In this document: piece after piece, positions 1 to 8,898 of the stretch
Layout: every line of letters begins with the position of its first letter
How positions within the stretch are numbered: the first letter of the stretch is position 1
Assembly: GCA_016839785.1 (NCBI GenBank)
Contig: JAEOTQ010000041.1
Coordinates: forward strand, 1 to 21,482
Direction: 5' to 3'
Source: Candidatus Hodarchaeota archaeon
GTDB taxonomy: Archaea > Asgardarchaeota > Heimdallarchaeia > Hodarchaeales > Hodarchaeaceae
DNA length: 21,482 bases
Notes under the pieces: model-generated
What the model saw: the letters and a program-made list of their open reading frames with translations, nothing else
Database searches by the model: none
Told to the model about the DNA's origin: nothing
Made by a program: the position numbers and the translations under genes

Positions 1-16
1 GCTTGGCTACCTCGGC
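1..16 (-). tRNA. 5' end of a tRNA, probably tRNA-Ser (truncated by window edge)
   Basis: Reverse complement GCCGAGGTAGCCAAGC resembles an archaeal tRNA-Ser acceptor 5' strand plus D-arm start. It lies 18 nt after tRNA-Leu on the same strand. The anticodon is outside the window. Confidence 0.55.
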
Positions 17-34
17 ATATGTGATGAATGAAGA

Positions 35-119
35 TGCGGGGAGTGAGATTTGAACTCACGAACGCCTACACGACTAGGACCTGAACCTAGCTCCTTTGAC
101 CAGACTGGGAAATCCCCGC
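35..119 (-). tRNA. tRNA-Leu(CAG), intronless, CCA not encoded
   Basis: Acceptor GCGGGGA/TCCCCGC with discriminator A; anticodon arm CTAGG-TT-CAG-GT-CCTAG; long variable arm; T arm GTGAG-TTCAAAT-CTCAC. Confidence 0.96.
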
Positions 120-137
120 TAGGGTATTTTTCCAAAG

Positions 138-152
138 TATATGAACTTTTTT
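138..152 (-). promoter_or_regulatory. Putative BRE/TATA promoter of the tRNA-Leu/Ser pair
   Basis: Minus strand AAAAAAG-TTCATATA, about 20-25 nt upstream of the tRNA 5' end. Confidence 0.35.
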
Positions 153-294
153 CCATATTTCATTTGCCTTAATTATTTTAAAGGAAAAACTCATGGACGA
201 GAGTTATTTCCCCATATCAGACGCAAGATTTAATAATTGTGGTTAAATATTTTCCATTCAGCTAAAGCTTTGGGATATCATAGAGATACGTGAA

Positions 295-3027
295 TTGAAT
301 CCTATGAGTAGAAAAACCAGTGCAATGACACAATATGAGGACATCAAGAAGAATTTTCCAGATACTATTGTCTTTTTTCAGCTTGGTGATTTTTACGAGG
401 CTTTTAATAAGGATGCTCAGCTTATTTCCAAAGTATTGAACATTACACTTACCTCTAGAGGAATGGGAGCAAGAAACAAAAGAATACCATTAGCGGGAGT
501 ACCAGTTAAGGCAATCGATTCACATCTTAAAAAATTAATCGATAATGGTTTCAAAGTGGCTATTGTTGACCAATTAGAAGATGCAAAAAAATTACCTTCG
601 GGAAGAATTGTAAAACGAGGAGTTACTCGCGTGGTAACTCCAGGGACTGTATTTGAAACAACAATTCTAGATGATTCAGTCAATAATTTTATGTTAAGCC
701 TAGTTATCAATGAGCGCCAGAAAATTCTAGGATTATCATTCGTTGATGTCTCAACTGGTGAATTTTTAGTAACAGAAATGAAAGAAAATGTTCTTGAACG
801 ATTTAAAGACGAATTTACGCGATTCAATCCGAAAGAAATAATTATTCCAGAAACCAATAAAAAAGGTCCTCTTCAACTATCCATAGAAAATATGATCAAT
901 CTCTCATCTGGGACTATGATCTCTCCTGTTAATGATACGATTTTTAATATCGAAACCGCACGAGAAACTCTTCTTGATCATTTTAAAGTTCGTACACTTT
1001 CAGGCTTTGGCTGTGATTCCATGTCAGAAGGAATTAGAGCATCTGGAGCGGTAATCTCTCATTTAGTAATGTTGAAACATGATTTTCCCTCGAATTTAAC
1101 CAGTCTGAAGTTGATTGATGATCGTTCTAGTTTGATTCTAGACTCAAATACGCAACGTAATCTCGAAATAATTAGGAATGCATTTGATGGCCACATTAAA
1201 GGTAGTCTTTTATCAGTTTATTCGGGAATCTTTTCCAGTTCTGGAGCAAGATTATTGAGAAGATGGTTATTACAGCCATTACGTGATAAAAAGAGAATCA
1301 ACACTCGTTTAAAAGCAGTACAATCTTTTTATTCAAACTCTAGTGCCTGTGATCAGATTAACGAATTAATTTCGGCTTTATCTGACTTTCAAAGATTAAT
1401 CTCTAAGATCAAGTACCATTCAGCGAACGGGCGGGATTTATCATCCCTGATGAATTCACTAAGTATAAGTCTGGATATCAAAGAATTCCTCTCACAAAAT
1501 TCTTTGGATTGTGAAATTTCCCAGAAGATTGTGAATTTTGACTCTACAGACCTCATTAATATTAGAGATTTGATAGCACACGCGGTTGTAGAAGATCCTC
1601 CGATCAAAATTACAGAGGGAGGAATCATTAAACCAGATTATCATCACGATTTGTCTGAATTTTACCAGTTAAAGACAAATCAGAATACAGTCCTTAATGA
1701 AATTGAAGTCCAAGAACAAAATCGAACATCATTCCACATTAAGATGGGATATAATTCTATTCACGGTTATTATATAGAAGCGACTAAAGCTCAATTACGG
1801 GAGGCGGGAGAAGACGCGATTCCTTCTGATTATACTCGAAGACAAACACTCGTAAGTGCAGAGCGATTTATCACACCTAGACTGAAAGAGATTGAAGATA
1901 AAATTTCGAACTTGGATGAAAAGATTATAGATCTTGAATACACTCTCTTTTGCAACGTACGTGATGAGATATCCGAAAAACTTGCTCAAGTGTACTTATT
2001 TTCCGATTTATTAGCCGAATTGGATGTTTTAACATGTTTTGCTGCGACTGCTTTAAAAAATAAGTACTGTCAACCTCAAATCATTGACGATTCCACGCTT
2101 ATCATTGAAGATGGACGTCATGCTGTTGTCGAATATTTACAACAGGATACTGGATTTGTACCAAATTCTGTTCAACTAGAGAAAAATGAGCTCCATATTA
2201 TTACAGGACCGAATATGTCAGGTAAATCAACATTAATTCGCCAAGTAGCTCTGATGGTTTTAATGGCTCAGACTGGATCCTGGGTTCCGGCTAAATCATT
2301 CAAATTTGGTATTATTGATAAAATTTTTACCCGAGTGGGGGCCTTCGATCGTCTAGCATTTGGTCAATCGACTTTTATGTTGGAAATGCTTGAAACTGCC
2401 CATATTTTACATAATGCAACAAAAAAATCCTTAGTAATTTTAGATGAGGTAGGTCGAGGGACAAGTACCTATGATGGCTTATCTCTGGCTTGGGCAATCG
2501 CAGAACACATCGTTATTAACATTAAATGCAAAACACTGTTTGCTACTCATTATCATCAACTTAGTGAGCTAATAGATCTTTCATCTCATATTAAAAATTA
2601 CCATTTGACAGCCAAAGAACGTAATGGTGAGCTTATGTTGTTATATAAATTACAACAGGGAGCTACGGATCATTCTTTTGGAATTAGTGTTGCCAAAATG
2701 GCGGGAGTGCCCCAAAGTATTGTATTACATGCTCAGAAAAAACTTCTAGAGCTAGAATCAATTTCTAGTACTGAATCAATGAAAAAGGGGGAAGGAGAGA
2801 GAAGAGGACGACCAAGACAACTGTCATTAGCCGAGGCATTTTCTCAAAACATCGATAAAAGTAAACATGAAGAAAAATTGAAGAATCTCAAATTCACAAT
2901 CCTGGCCTTTCTTAAAAATTATACAGCTATCGATGTTAATTATAAAACTCCAATAGAAGCGTTAGAACAGCTAGAGGAGCTAGTTGAGGAGTTAAAGAAG
3001 TTGGAACTACAAATCTCGGAGTATTAG
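295..3027 (+). CDS. mutS: DNA mismatch repair protein MutS (MutS1 type); start TTG 295 or a nearby in-frame ATG such as 304
   Basis: Mismatch-binding GDFYE motif, 'VTRVVTPGT', Walker A GPNMSGKS, 'GQSTFMLEM', Walker B 'ILDEVGRGTS', 'LFATHYHQL', 'SFGISVAKMAGVP'. Confidence 0.97.
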   Translation: MNPMSRKTSAMTQYEDIKKNFPDTIVFFQLGDFYEAFNKDAQLISKVLNITLTSRGMGARNKRIPLAGVPVKAIDSHLKKLIDNGFKVAIVDQLEDAKKLPSGRIVKRGVTRVVTPGTVFETTILDDSVNNFMLSLVINERQKILGLSFVDVSTGEFLVTEMKENVLERFKDEFTRFNPKEIIIPETNKKGPLQLSIENMINLSSGTMISPVNDTIFNIETARETLLDHFKVRTLSGFGCDSMSEGIRASGAVISHLVMLKHDFPSNLTSLKLIDDRSSLILDSNTQRNLEIIRNAFDGHIKGSLLSVYSGIFSSSGARLLRRWLLQPLRDKKRINTRLKAVQSFYSNSSACDQINELISALSDFQRLISKIKYHSANGRDLSSLMNSLSISLDIKEFLSQNSLDCEISQKIVNFDSTDLINIRDLIAHAVVEDPPIKITEGGIIKPDYHHDLSEFYQLKTNQNTVLNEIEVQEQNRTSFHIKMGYNSIHGYYIEATKAQLREAGEDAIPSDYTRRQTLVSAERFITPRLKEIEDKISNLDEKIIDLEYTLFCNVRDEISEKLAQVYLFSDLLAELDVLTCFAATALKNKYCQPQIIDDSTLIIEDGRHAVVEYLQQDTGFVPNSVQLEKNELHIITGPNMSGKSTLIRQVALMVLMAQTGSWVPAKSFKFGIIDKIFTRVGAFDRLAFGQSTFMLEMLETAHILHNATKKSLVILDEVGRGTSTYDGLSLAWAIAEHIVINIKCKTLFATHYHQLSELIDLSSHIKNYHLTAKERNGELMLLYKLQQGATDHSFGISVAKMAGVPQSIVLHAQKKLLELESISSTESMKKGEGERRGRPRQLSLAEAFSQNIDKSKHEEKLKNLKFTILAFLKNYTAIDVNYKTPIEALEQLEELVEELKKLELQISEY

Positions 3028-3031
3028 GAAA

Positions 3032-4813
3032 ATGTCAAGAATTCAAATCCTTAATTCGTTTGTTATCAGCAAAATCGCTGCTGGAGAAGTAATTGAACGT
3101 CCTGCGTCAGTTGTTAAAGAATTAATAGAAAATGCAATTGATGCTAAGGCCACAGAGATTTCCATCAATATAAAGGAAGGAGGTAAAGATCTGATTGAGA
3201 TCCGTGATAATGGAAAGGGTATTCCAGCGGATGAGTTACCTCTTGCAATAAAACGGCATTCTACCAGTAAAATTGCTTCTGAGGATGATCTAGCAAGTAT
3301 TAATACCATGGGATTCCGTGGTGAGGCATTATATTCTATTGCATCAGTGTCTCGATTTACTATGATAAGTCGAAGAAGCGAAGATGAATTAGCGGCAGTT
3401 TTAAATGTCACAGGAAATGTAAATGAAGTAAATATCTCCGAAGATACACTAGCTGTTCCAGGAACTTTTATTCGGGTTAGAGACATCTTCTTTAACTTCA
3501 TTGTGAGGCGAAAATTTCTAAAAAGGGCGGCCGTTGAACAAAACTATATTTATGATAGTGTATCCGAATATGCAGTGGCTCATCCAGAAATTTCATTTAT
3601 TCTCAAATCAAACGATAAAGAAATTTTGCGAACTTCAAGATCAGAGGATTATATCATTCCCATTCAAAAGGTATTCGGCTCAGATCTAGTGAAGAGTTTG
3701 CTAAATTTGGGAGTAGTAGGACGGGGTAATATTTCTCTTATGGGATACATTAGTAAACCTGGGAATCACAAACGAAATAGAAAATTTCAGTTTTTCTATC
3801 TCAATGGAAGAAGAATTTTTTCTAAAATTATTCAAAGGGCCCTAGAGGAGGGATATGGTACTTATTTAATGAAAGGCGAATTTCCCTGCGCATTTCTCTA
3901 CCTTGAGATAGATCCAGAAGAGTTTGATGTAAATATTCATCCCCAGAAACGTGAGGTTTTATTCTATGACGAGAAAATGCTCCAGACCACACTCAGTGGA
4001 GCAATTAAGCATTGCCTTAAGACTAGTGATCTAGTTCCACATCTTACCCCTTCCTCTGTTAAAAAGAGACAAAGACAATTAAATTTACCAAAAAGTGATA
4101 CAAGATCATCTCGAACCCCTGTTAAGGATCATCCAGTACGATTGAATACAAAATCGCTTCCCTCTGAGCTAGGTTTCAGTGATCAAGCTATATTGAATAA
4201 AGTGTCTGTTGATGTTATAACCAAAGTTGATACTTTAGATTTAATTGGAGCAGATTTGAAATATCGAGGTCCTTTGGGAAAAGAATTCATCATTTTAGAG
4301 GATGTTACTACTAATGATCTAGTTATTCTTGATTTTCATGCAGCTCATGAAAGAGTTAACCTCGAACGATTAATAAATCTTAATAATTTAGGTAAGGTAT
4401 CTATCCAAACCTTTTTACAACCTTTTAAAATTTCTAGGCGATCAGTAGATGACCAACTACTTCCTCTGCTTACAAAACTGGGTTTTGATATTAGGGTTCC
4501 TAAAAATATAGATAATATGGTAGAAATTCATGGGGTTCCCAAAATACTCGCAAAATCTGATATTGAATCATTTTTTGAACTTCTTTCAACTAGAGTTGAC
4601 GCATCGATATATCAAGATGAAATCACAAAAATACTGAGTGTGATAGCCTGTCATACTTCGTATCGGTCTGGCGATCAACTATCCTTTCGACAAACTCGAG
4701 AATTGCTCTCTCGATTAGCAGAGACCGAAAATCCTAATATTTGTGCTCATGGACGGCCCACCTACTTTAGAATTACACATCAAGAGATGTTGAAACAAGC
4801 TCGACGCGTTTAA
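3032..4813 (+). CDS. mutL: DNA mismatch repair endonuclease MutL
   Basis: GHKL motifs 'KIAAGEVIERPASVVKELIENAIDA', 'DNGKGI', 'GFRGEAL', plus 'DVNIHPQKREV'. C-terminal DFHAAHERVNLE, ACH and CAHGRP endonuclease motifs. Starts 4 nt after mutS. Confidence 0.96.
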   Translation: MSRIQILNSFVISKIAAGEVIERPASVVKELIENAIDAKATEISINIKEGGKDLIEIRDNGKGIPADELPLAIKRHSTSKIASEDDLASINTMGFRGEALYSIASVSRFTMISRRSEDELAAVLNVTGNVNEVNISEDTLAVPGTFIRVRDIFFNFIVRRKFLKRAAVEQNYIYDSVSEYAVAHPEISFILKSNDKEILRTSRSEDYIIPIQKVFGSDLVKSLLNLGVVGRGNISLMGYISKPGNHKRNRKFQFFYLNGRRIFSKIIQRALEEGYGTYLMKGEFPCAFLYLEIDPEEFDVNIHPQKREVLFYDEKMLQTTLSGAIKHCLKTSDLVPHLTPSSVKKRQRQLNLPKSDTRSSRTPVKDHPVRLNTKSLPSELGFSDQAILNKVSVDVITKVDTLDLIGADLKYRGPLGKEFIILEDVTTNDLVILDFHAAHERVNLERLINLNNLGKVSIQTFLQPFKISRRSVDDQLLPLLTKLGFDIRVPKNIDNMVEIHGVPKILAKSDIESFFELLSTRVDASIYQDEITKILSVIACHTSYRSGDQLSFRQTRELLSRLAETENPNICAHGRPTYFRITHQEMLKQARRV

Positions 4814-4822
4814 TCATGATTT

Positions 4823-5431
4823 TCAAAGTAAATCAGGAAAAAGCCCTGAAGAATCAATTTGAAGTTCTGTTAAATGTACCTGTCTATCATTAACTAGTTT
4901 CATAATTTGAATGACATTTTTCTTTGTTGATTTCTGAAAAAAGAGATGATTTTCAAAATATCTCGTCATAAGAGTGGATCTAAGAGGATGAATTCTGTTA
5001 TCAAAACCACGCCCTTCATTTGTTATAAATATGGGAAAATTAAGGCGTTGGGATAGTGATTGAATAATTGCTAAAATATAAGATTCAAGATGATTCTCCT
5101 GTTCTGGATTAATCCTATGGAAAATATCGTCAATAAGAAGTATAGTATCTTGTGTAATCCCCTTAATTTCCAAATCATCAAGAATTAATACCTCTTCCTT
5201 CAATGATTTAGGTTGAAAGACAATAAGTTTGGACAAAAGATTTTCTATTGGCTTTAATTTAACATAAGGAAAATTTCCACTCGCATCCACTAAAAAAATT
5301 TGTTTTACCCCCTCTTTAAGCTTTTGACAGATGATTTGAACTAAAAAAGCGGTTTTATAGGTACCAGACACCCCGAAAATATGAATAACCTTATTTTTTG
5401 CCTGAAAAATAGGGATTAATTCACTATTCAT
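4823..5431 (-). CDS. Short RecA/RadA-superfamily paralog (RadB/Rad51-paralog-like core only)
   Basis: 'VIHIFGVSGTYKT' Walker A-like, 'IFLVDASGNF' strand, 'ILLIDD' Walker B, 'PIFITNE'. 202 aa with no N-terminal HhH domain. Confidence 0.7.
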   Translation of the reverse strand: MNSELIPIFQAKNKVIHIFGVSGTYKTAFLVQIICQKLKEGVKQIFLVDASGNFPYVKLKPIENLLSKLIVFQPKSLKEEVLILDDLEIKGITQDTILLIDDIFHRINPEQENHLESYILAIIQSLSQRLNFPIFITNEGRGFDNRIHPLRSTLMTRYFENHLFFQKSTKKNVIQIMKLVNDRQVHLTELQIDSSGLFPDLL

Positions 5432-5496
5432 ACCTGGGACAACTCTAGGTGGATTATTGAGTACCTAATATCACGAAATCTACACCAAATAAATTA

Positions 5497-5510
5497 TTAT
5501 AAGGCTTTAA
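5497..5510. promoter_or_regulatory. Putative promoter element in the divergent intergenic region
   Basis: TTATAAGGCTTTAA, nearly identical to TTATAGGCTTTAA at 17438-17450 upstream of rpl21e. Confidence 0.35.
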
Positions 5511-5545
5511 GATCAAAGACACTTATCAATATCGGATGTAATATT

Positions 5546-6349
5546 TTGGCTGTTATAGCAGTTAAAACAAAGAATATGCGGTTTTACTACAAATTATTAA
5601 GGTTAAGCCAGAATACATCTCTTAGATTGAAATTTTTTTCAGAAGATCAACCGATACCTATGAAACACTTCGATTTAATCATAACGACTAACGAAGATGT
5701 CCAAGAGCATAAAAATAATGGTGTGCTTCGTCTTAGTTATGATGATCTTGGTATGGAGACAATCCCCAATATCATTGGACTTATAGCTCGAAATCACTCT
5801 TCTCGGTTTCAAAAAATGCTTATTGGTATTGATCCAGGTGAGAAAATAGGTGTTGCTGCAATCTGTGATGGAATGATATTATCTGCAAAAACAATTTCGC
5901 TTAAGAATTTGATTAATGTCATACAAGGATTTCTTCTAACCTTTCCATCAGAAGCCATAATCATACGGATTGGGGATAAACCCTTATCAATGTCCAACGT
6001 AATATTCAATAGAATATTTCAAGCATTCCAGAAAGTTCCTAATATTCGTCTAGAAATCGTTAATGAAGCCGCATCCAATATCAAAACCACTCCCTCTCAG
6101 CAAAAATATAGTCTTGATGAAAAAGCTGCGATTACAATTGGGTTCAGAGAGGGTCAACCGATTACTCATATGGTAAGAAATGAAATTCCTCCTGGACGTG
6201 TGAAAGAAATTCAAAATAGGAGTCGGGAATTGTCAGGTAATCTCACATTGGACTCCGAACTAGCTAAACGAGTAGCAATTGGGAAAATTTCAATTGAGGA
6301 TGCTTTAAAAGTTAAAGCAAAAGGTATCAATAACAAAGAAGAGAATTAA
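5546..6349 (+). CDS. Uncharacterised protein with central RNase H-fold (YqgF/RuvC-like) domain
   Basis: 'MLIGIDPGEKIGVAAI' first-strand motif, 'IRIGD', 'EIVNE', 'DEKAAITIG'. TTG start. Confidence 0.65.
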   Translation: MAVIAVKTKNMRFYYKLLRLSQNTSLRLKFFSEDQPIPMKHFDLIITTNEDVQEHKNNGVLRLSYDDLGMETIPNIIGLIARNHSSRFQKMLIGIDPGEKIGVAAICDGMILSAKTISLKNLINVIQGFLLTFPSEAIIIRIGDKPLSMSNVIFNRIFQAFQKVPNIRLEIVNEAASNIKTTPSQQKYSLDEKAAITIGFREGQPITHMVRNEIPPGRVKEIQNRSRELSGNLTLDSELAKRVAIGKISIEDALKVKAKGINNKEEN

Positions 6350-6369
6350 TCTAATATGAGGAAACTAAT

Positions 6370-6891
6370 TTGACAACTAGAGGACTATATGTTGGACGGT
6401 TCAGCCCATTTCATCTCGGTCATCTTAAAACGATTAAAACTATACTGGAAGAAGTTGATGAGTTAATCATTGTAATAGGGAGTGCTCAGCAATCTCATAC
6501 CACGGCAGATCCCTTTACTGCAGGAGAACGGATTTTAATGATTCATTACTCTCTGAAAACAGGGAAAATTCCTCTTGAGAATATCTTCTGCATCCCAGTC
6601 TATGATATTTTTCGTAATCCTATTTGGGTGAGTCATGTACAGAGTTTTACCCCTCCATTTTCTGTAGTTTTCACAAATAACAGCCTAATTAGACGCCTTT
6701 TTGTTGAAGCTGGATATCAAGTAAGATCATCCAAACTTGTTAAAAGATCCTCCTACAAAGGGTCAAACATTAGGCAATTAATGATAGAGGGTGCAAAATG
6801 GGAGCATTTAGTACCTCTTAGCGTCCAAAAAGTAATCGCTGATATCGATGGACTAAAGCGACTACAGGAAATAAAACAAACAACCGACTAA
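6370..6891 (+). CDS. nadM: Nicotinamide-nucleotide adenylyltransferase (archaeal NMNAT)
   Basis: 'GRFSPFHLGH' HxGH motif, 'IGSAQQSHT..DPFTAGERI', 'WEHLVP'. Confidence 0.94.
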   Translation: MTTRGLYVGRFSPFHLGHLKTIKTILEEVDELIIVIGSAQQSHTTADPFTAGERILMIHYSLKTGKIPLENIFCIPVYDIFRNPIWVSHVQSFTPPFSVVFTNNSLIRRLFVEAGYQVRSSKLVKRSSYKGSNIRQLMIEGAKWEHLVPLSVQKVIADIDGLKRLQEIKQTTD

Positions 6892-6935
6892 AACACGAAC
6901 TGATTATTATCCTCTTCAAAATAAAGGTGTTAACT

Positions 6936-8051
6936 ATGCCTTCTACGAATCCCTTCAGGGCAATAAAACCTATTCCTTTTGCAGATGAGTTGTTTACACG
7001 GTCACATAATAATGTTATGAAAACTTCAATACGTGGAACTTCTACATCTTCTAAAGCTGTACCTCTAATTCGTAAAGCTAGGAAAAAAGAAGCTGCAAGG
7101 ATAGAGCTTCTCTCTAGGGAATTACGAGAGAAATTATTCCAAATTGTTGAAGAGTTTCCAACTCTCCAAGATGGGCATATTCCTGATTTCTATATTGAAA
7201 TCCTAGACATCAGTTTTAGCATTGATAAAATTCGTCAAACACTTGGATCATTATCAGGTTCTGCAGATATAATCTGGAAGATTAAGCGGGAATATTTAGG
7301 AACAGTTTGGCACGCTAGCTCAATATTAGCGACAAAGGATTTACGTAGAGCCGCATTTGGACGGATGGAATCTGTAATTAGAAAGCTTAAGGCTCGTCTT
7401 GAGTTTTTAGAGTCGGTTCGGAAAGAAATGAGGTTAATGCCTGGAATTGACTTCGAGCAACCGACTTTTTGTATAGCTGGTTATCCTAACGTCGGAAAAA
7501 GCTCTCTAGTAAATGGAGTAACTTCAGCAACTCCTGAAATTGGTGCTTATCCATTTACTACCAAAGAAGCAACTGTAGGTCACTTGGAAATCCCTGTGTA
7601 TGCCTCTTCCTCCCATACTAAACCTCTTACACATATTCCTTGTCAAATTGTGGATACCCCTGGAATCCTCGATCGGACATTCGATGAACGAAATGAAATC
7701 GAATTGCGTGCATTAGCAGCACTAAAAACTTTGGCGGCAGCTATTGTTTTCATCTTCGACTTTACCCAACAAGAAGCAATCAATGCTCAACTAAACCTCT
7801 ATCATCAAATCATCAGTGAATTTTCTGAGGTACCACTCCTTCTTCTATTCGGTAAAGCAGATTTACTTGATCAAGAGGAAAAAGATAAGTTAAAAGTGTT
7901 TGTAAAAGAAAATTTTTCTAAAGATTCGTTTAATCTCGTAACGATGAATGATCCATCCAGTATACATTCTCTTCTTGCGGATTTCTTTAAAACGAACCAA
8001 AAACGGATCACTACAATCATGGACCAGCAAAATGTTTTAGTAGAGGATTAA
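6936..8051 (+). CDS. Nog1-family (OBG-like) GTP-binding protein; ORF open from GTG 6927
   Basis: 'AGYPNVGKSS', 'YPFTTK', 'DTPGILDR', 'RNEIE', N-terminal helical domain with 'AFGRMES'. AAGGTG Shine-Dalgarno-like element before ATG 6936. Confidence 0.92.
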   Translation: MPSTNPFRAIKPIPFADELFTRSHNNVMKTSIRGTSTSSKAVPLIRKARKKEAARIELLSRELREKLFQIVEEFPTLQDGHIPDFYIEILDISFSIDKIRQTLGSLSGSADIIWKIKREYLGTVWHASSILATKDLRRAAFGRMESVIRKLKARLEFLESVRKEMRLMPGIDFEQPTFCIAGYPNVGKSSLVNGVTSATPEIGAYPFTTKEATVGHLEIPVYASSSHTKPLTHIPCQIVDTPGILDRTFDERNEIELRALAALKTLAAAIVFIFDFTQQEAINAQLNLYHQIISEFSEVPLLLLFGKADLLDQEEKDKLKVFVKENFSKDSFNLVTMNDPSSIHSLLADFFKTNQKRITTIMDQQNVLVED

Positions 8052-8053
8052 TA

Positions 8054-8878
8054 ATGCCTCGATATGCTCTAATATTAGGGTATATTCCAGATATCACTTA
8101 TAGCGGATTTAACCATCAGCTTCATGATCCAGCAAATATGTTTACCCTTGTCTGTAGGGCTTTAAATAAAGCACGACTCGTTCAATATGAGGATAATGTT
8201 ACATTTGCGAGCAGAACAGATCGAGGGGTAGGGGCATTAAATCAGGTGATCGCTTTTGACTCAGTTAATTCTCCAATAGTACCAGAAATCAATTCCTATT
8301 TACCCTCTGGAATACAGGTACTTGGCCAAACAAGTGTTTCACACAGCTTCAATCCAAGAAAAGATGCCTTACTTCGAACCTATTCATATTTTCTTGTGAT
8401 TGATGATGACTTTAACCTGAAACAACTTAAAAATTCTTTTAATACCCTTAGAGGAACTCATAATTTTCAAAATTTTGCAAAAACTGACTCCAAGAATCCG
8501 AAAAATCCTACAAAAACTATCACTGAGACTTCACTCATCCATTTTGATCATGGCATCCTTCAGCTTAGAATATCCTCTCAATCATTTCTCTGGCAACAAG
8601 TACGTAGAATAGTTGGTCATTTGATAGAGGTTGCTACAACAGAATTAGATATGTCTGAAACACTTACATTACTAAATGATCAAACGATTAGGAATAAACC
8701 TCCCTCTGCTCCACCTGAAGGATTAATCCTTGAAAAAATTGAGTATAAGGATTTCTCATTTACTGTTAATGAGAAAAGCCTCAACTCCTTTCAAAAAATA
8801 CTGTCTGATAATGTTAAACATTATCGAGGACAACTTGCAGTCACCAAGTATCTTTTTGATTCTCTCTCAAAGTATTGA
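8054..8878 (+). CDS. truA: tRNA pseudouridine(38-40) synthase TruA
   Basis: 'YSGF', catalytic 'SRTDRGV', 'RTYSY', 'GTHNFQNF', 'SFLWQQVRRIVG', 'APPEGLIL'. Confidence 0.93.
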   Translation: MPRYALILGYIPDITYSGFNHQLHDPANMFTLVCRALNKARLVQYEDNVTFASRTDRGVGALNQVIAFDSVNSPIVPEINSYLPSGIQVLGQTSVSHSFNPRKDALLRTYSYFLVIDDDFNLKQLKNSFNTLRGTHNFQNFAKTDSKNPKNPTKTITETSLIHFDHGILQLRISSQSFLWQQVRRIVGHLIEVATTELDMSETLTLLNDQTIRNKPPSAPPEGLILEKIEYKDFSFTVNEKSLNSFQKILSDNVKHYRGQLAVTKYLFDSLSKY

Positions 8879-8898
8879 GTTTCTCTTTTCAAAATTCT

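Noticed and set aside
417-3501. Minus-strand ORFs 417-857, 1389-1628, 1795-1989 and 3043-3501
   Set aside because: Antisense shadows inside mutS and mutL with no recognisable motifs.
6356-6373. Mini-ORF ATG AGG AAA CTA ATT TGA overlapping the nadM TTG start
   Set aside because: Five codons only. The ATG overlaps the probable GAGG Shine-Dalgarno element, so chance is sufficient.
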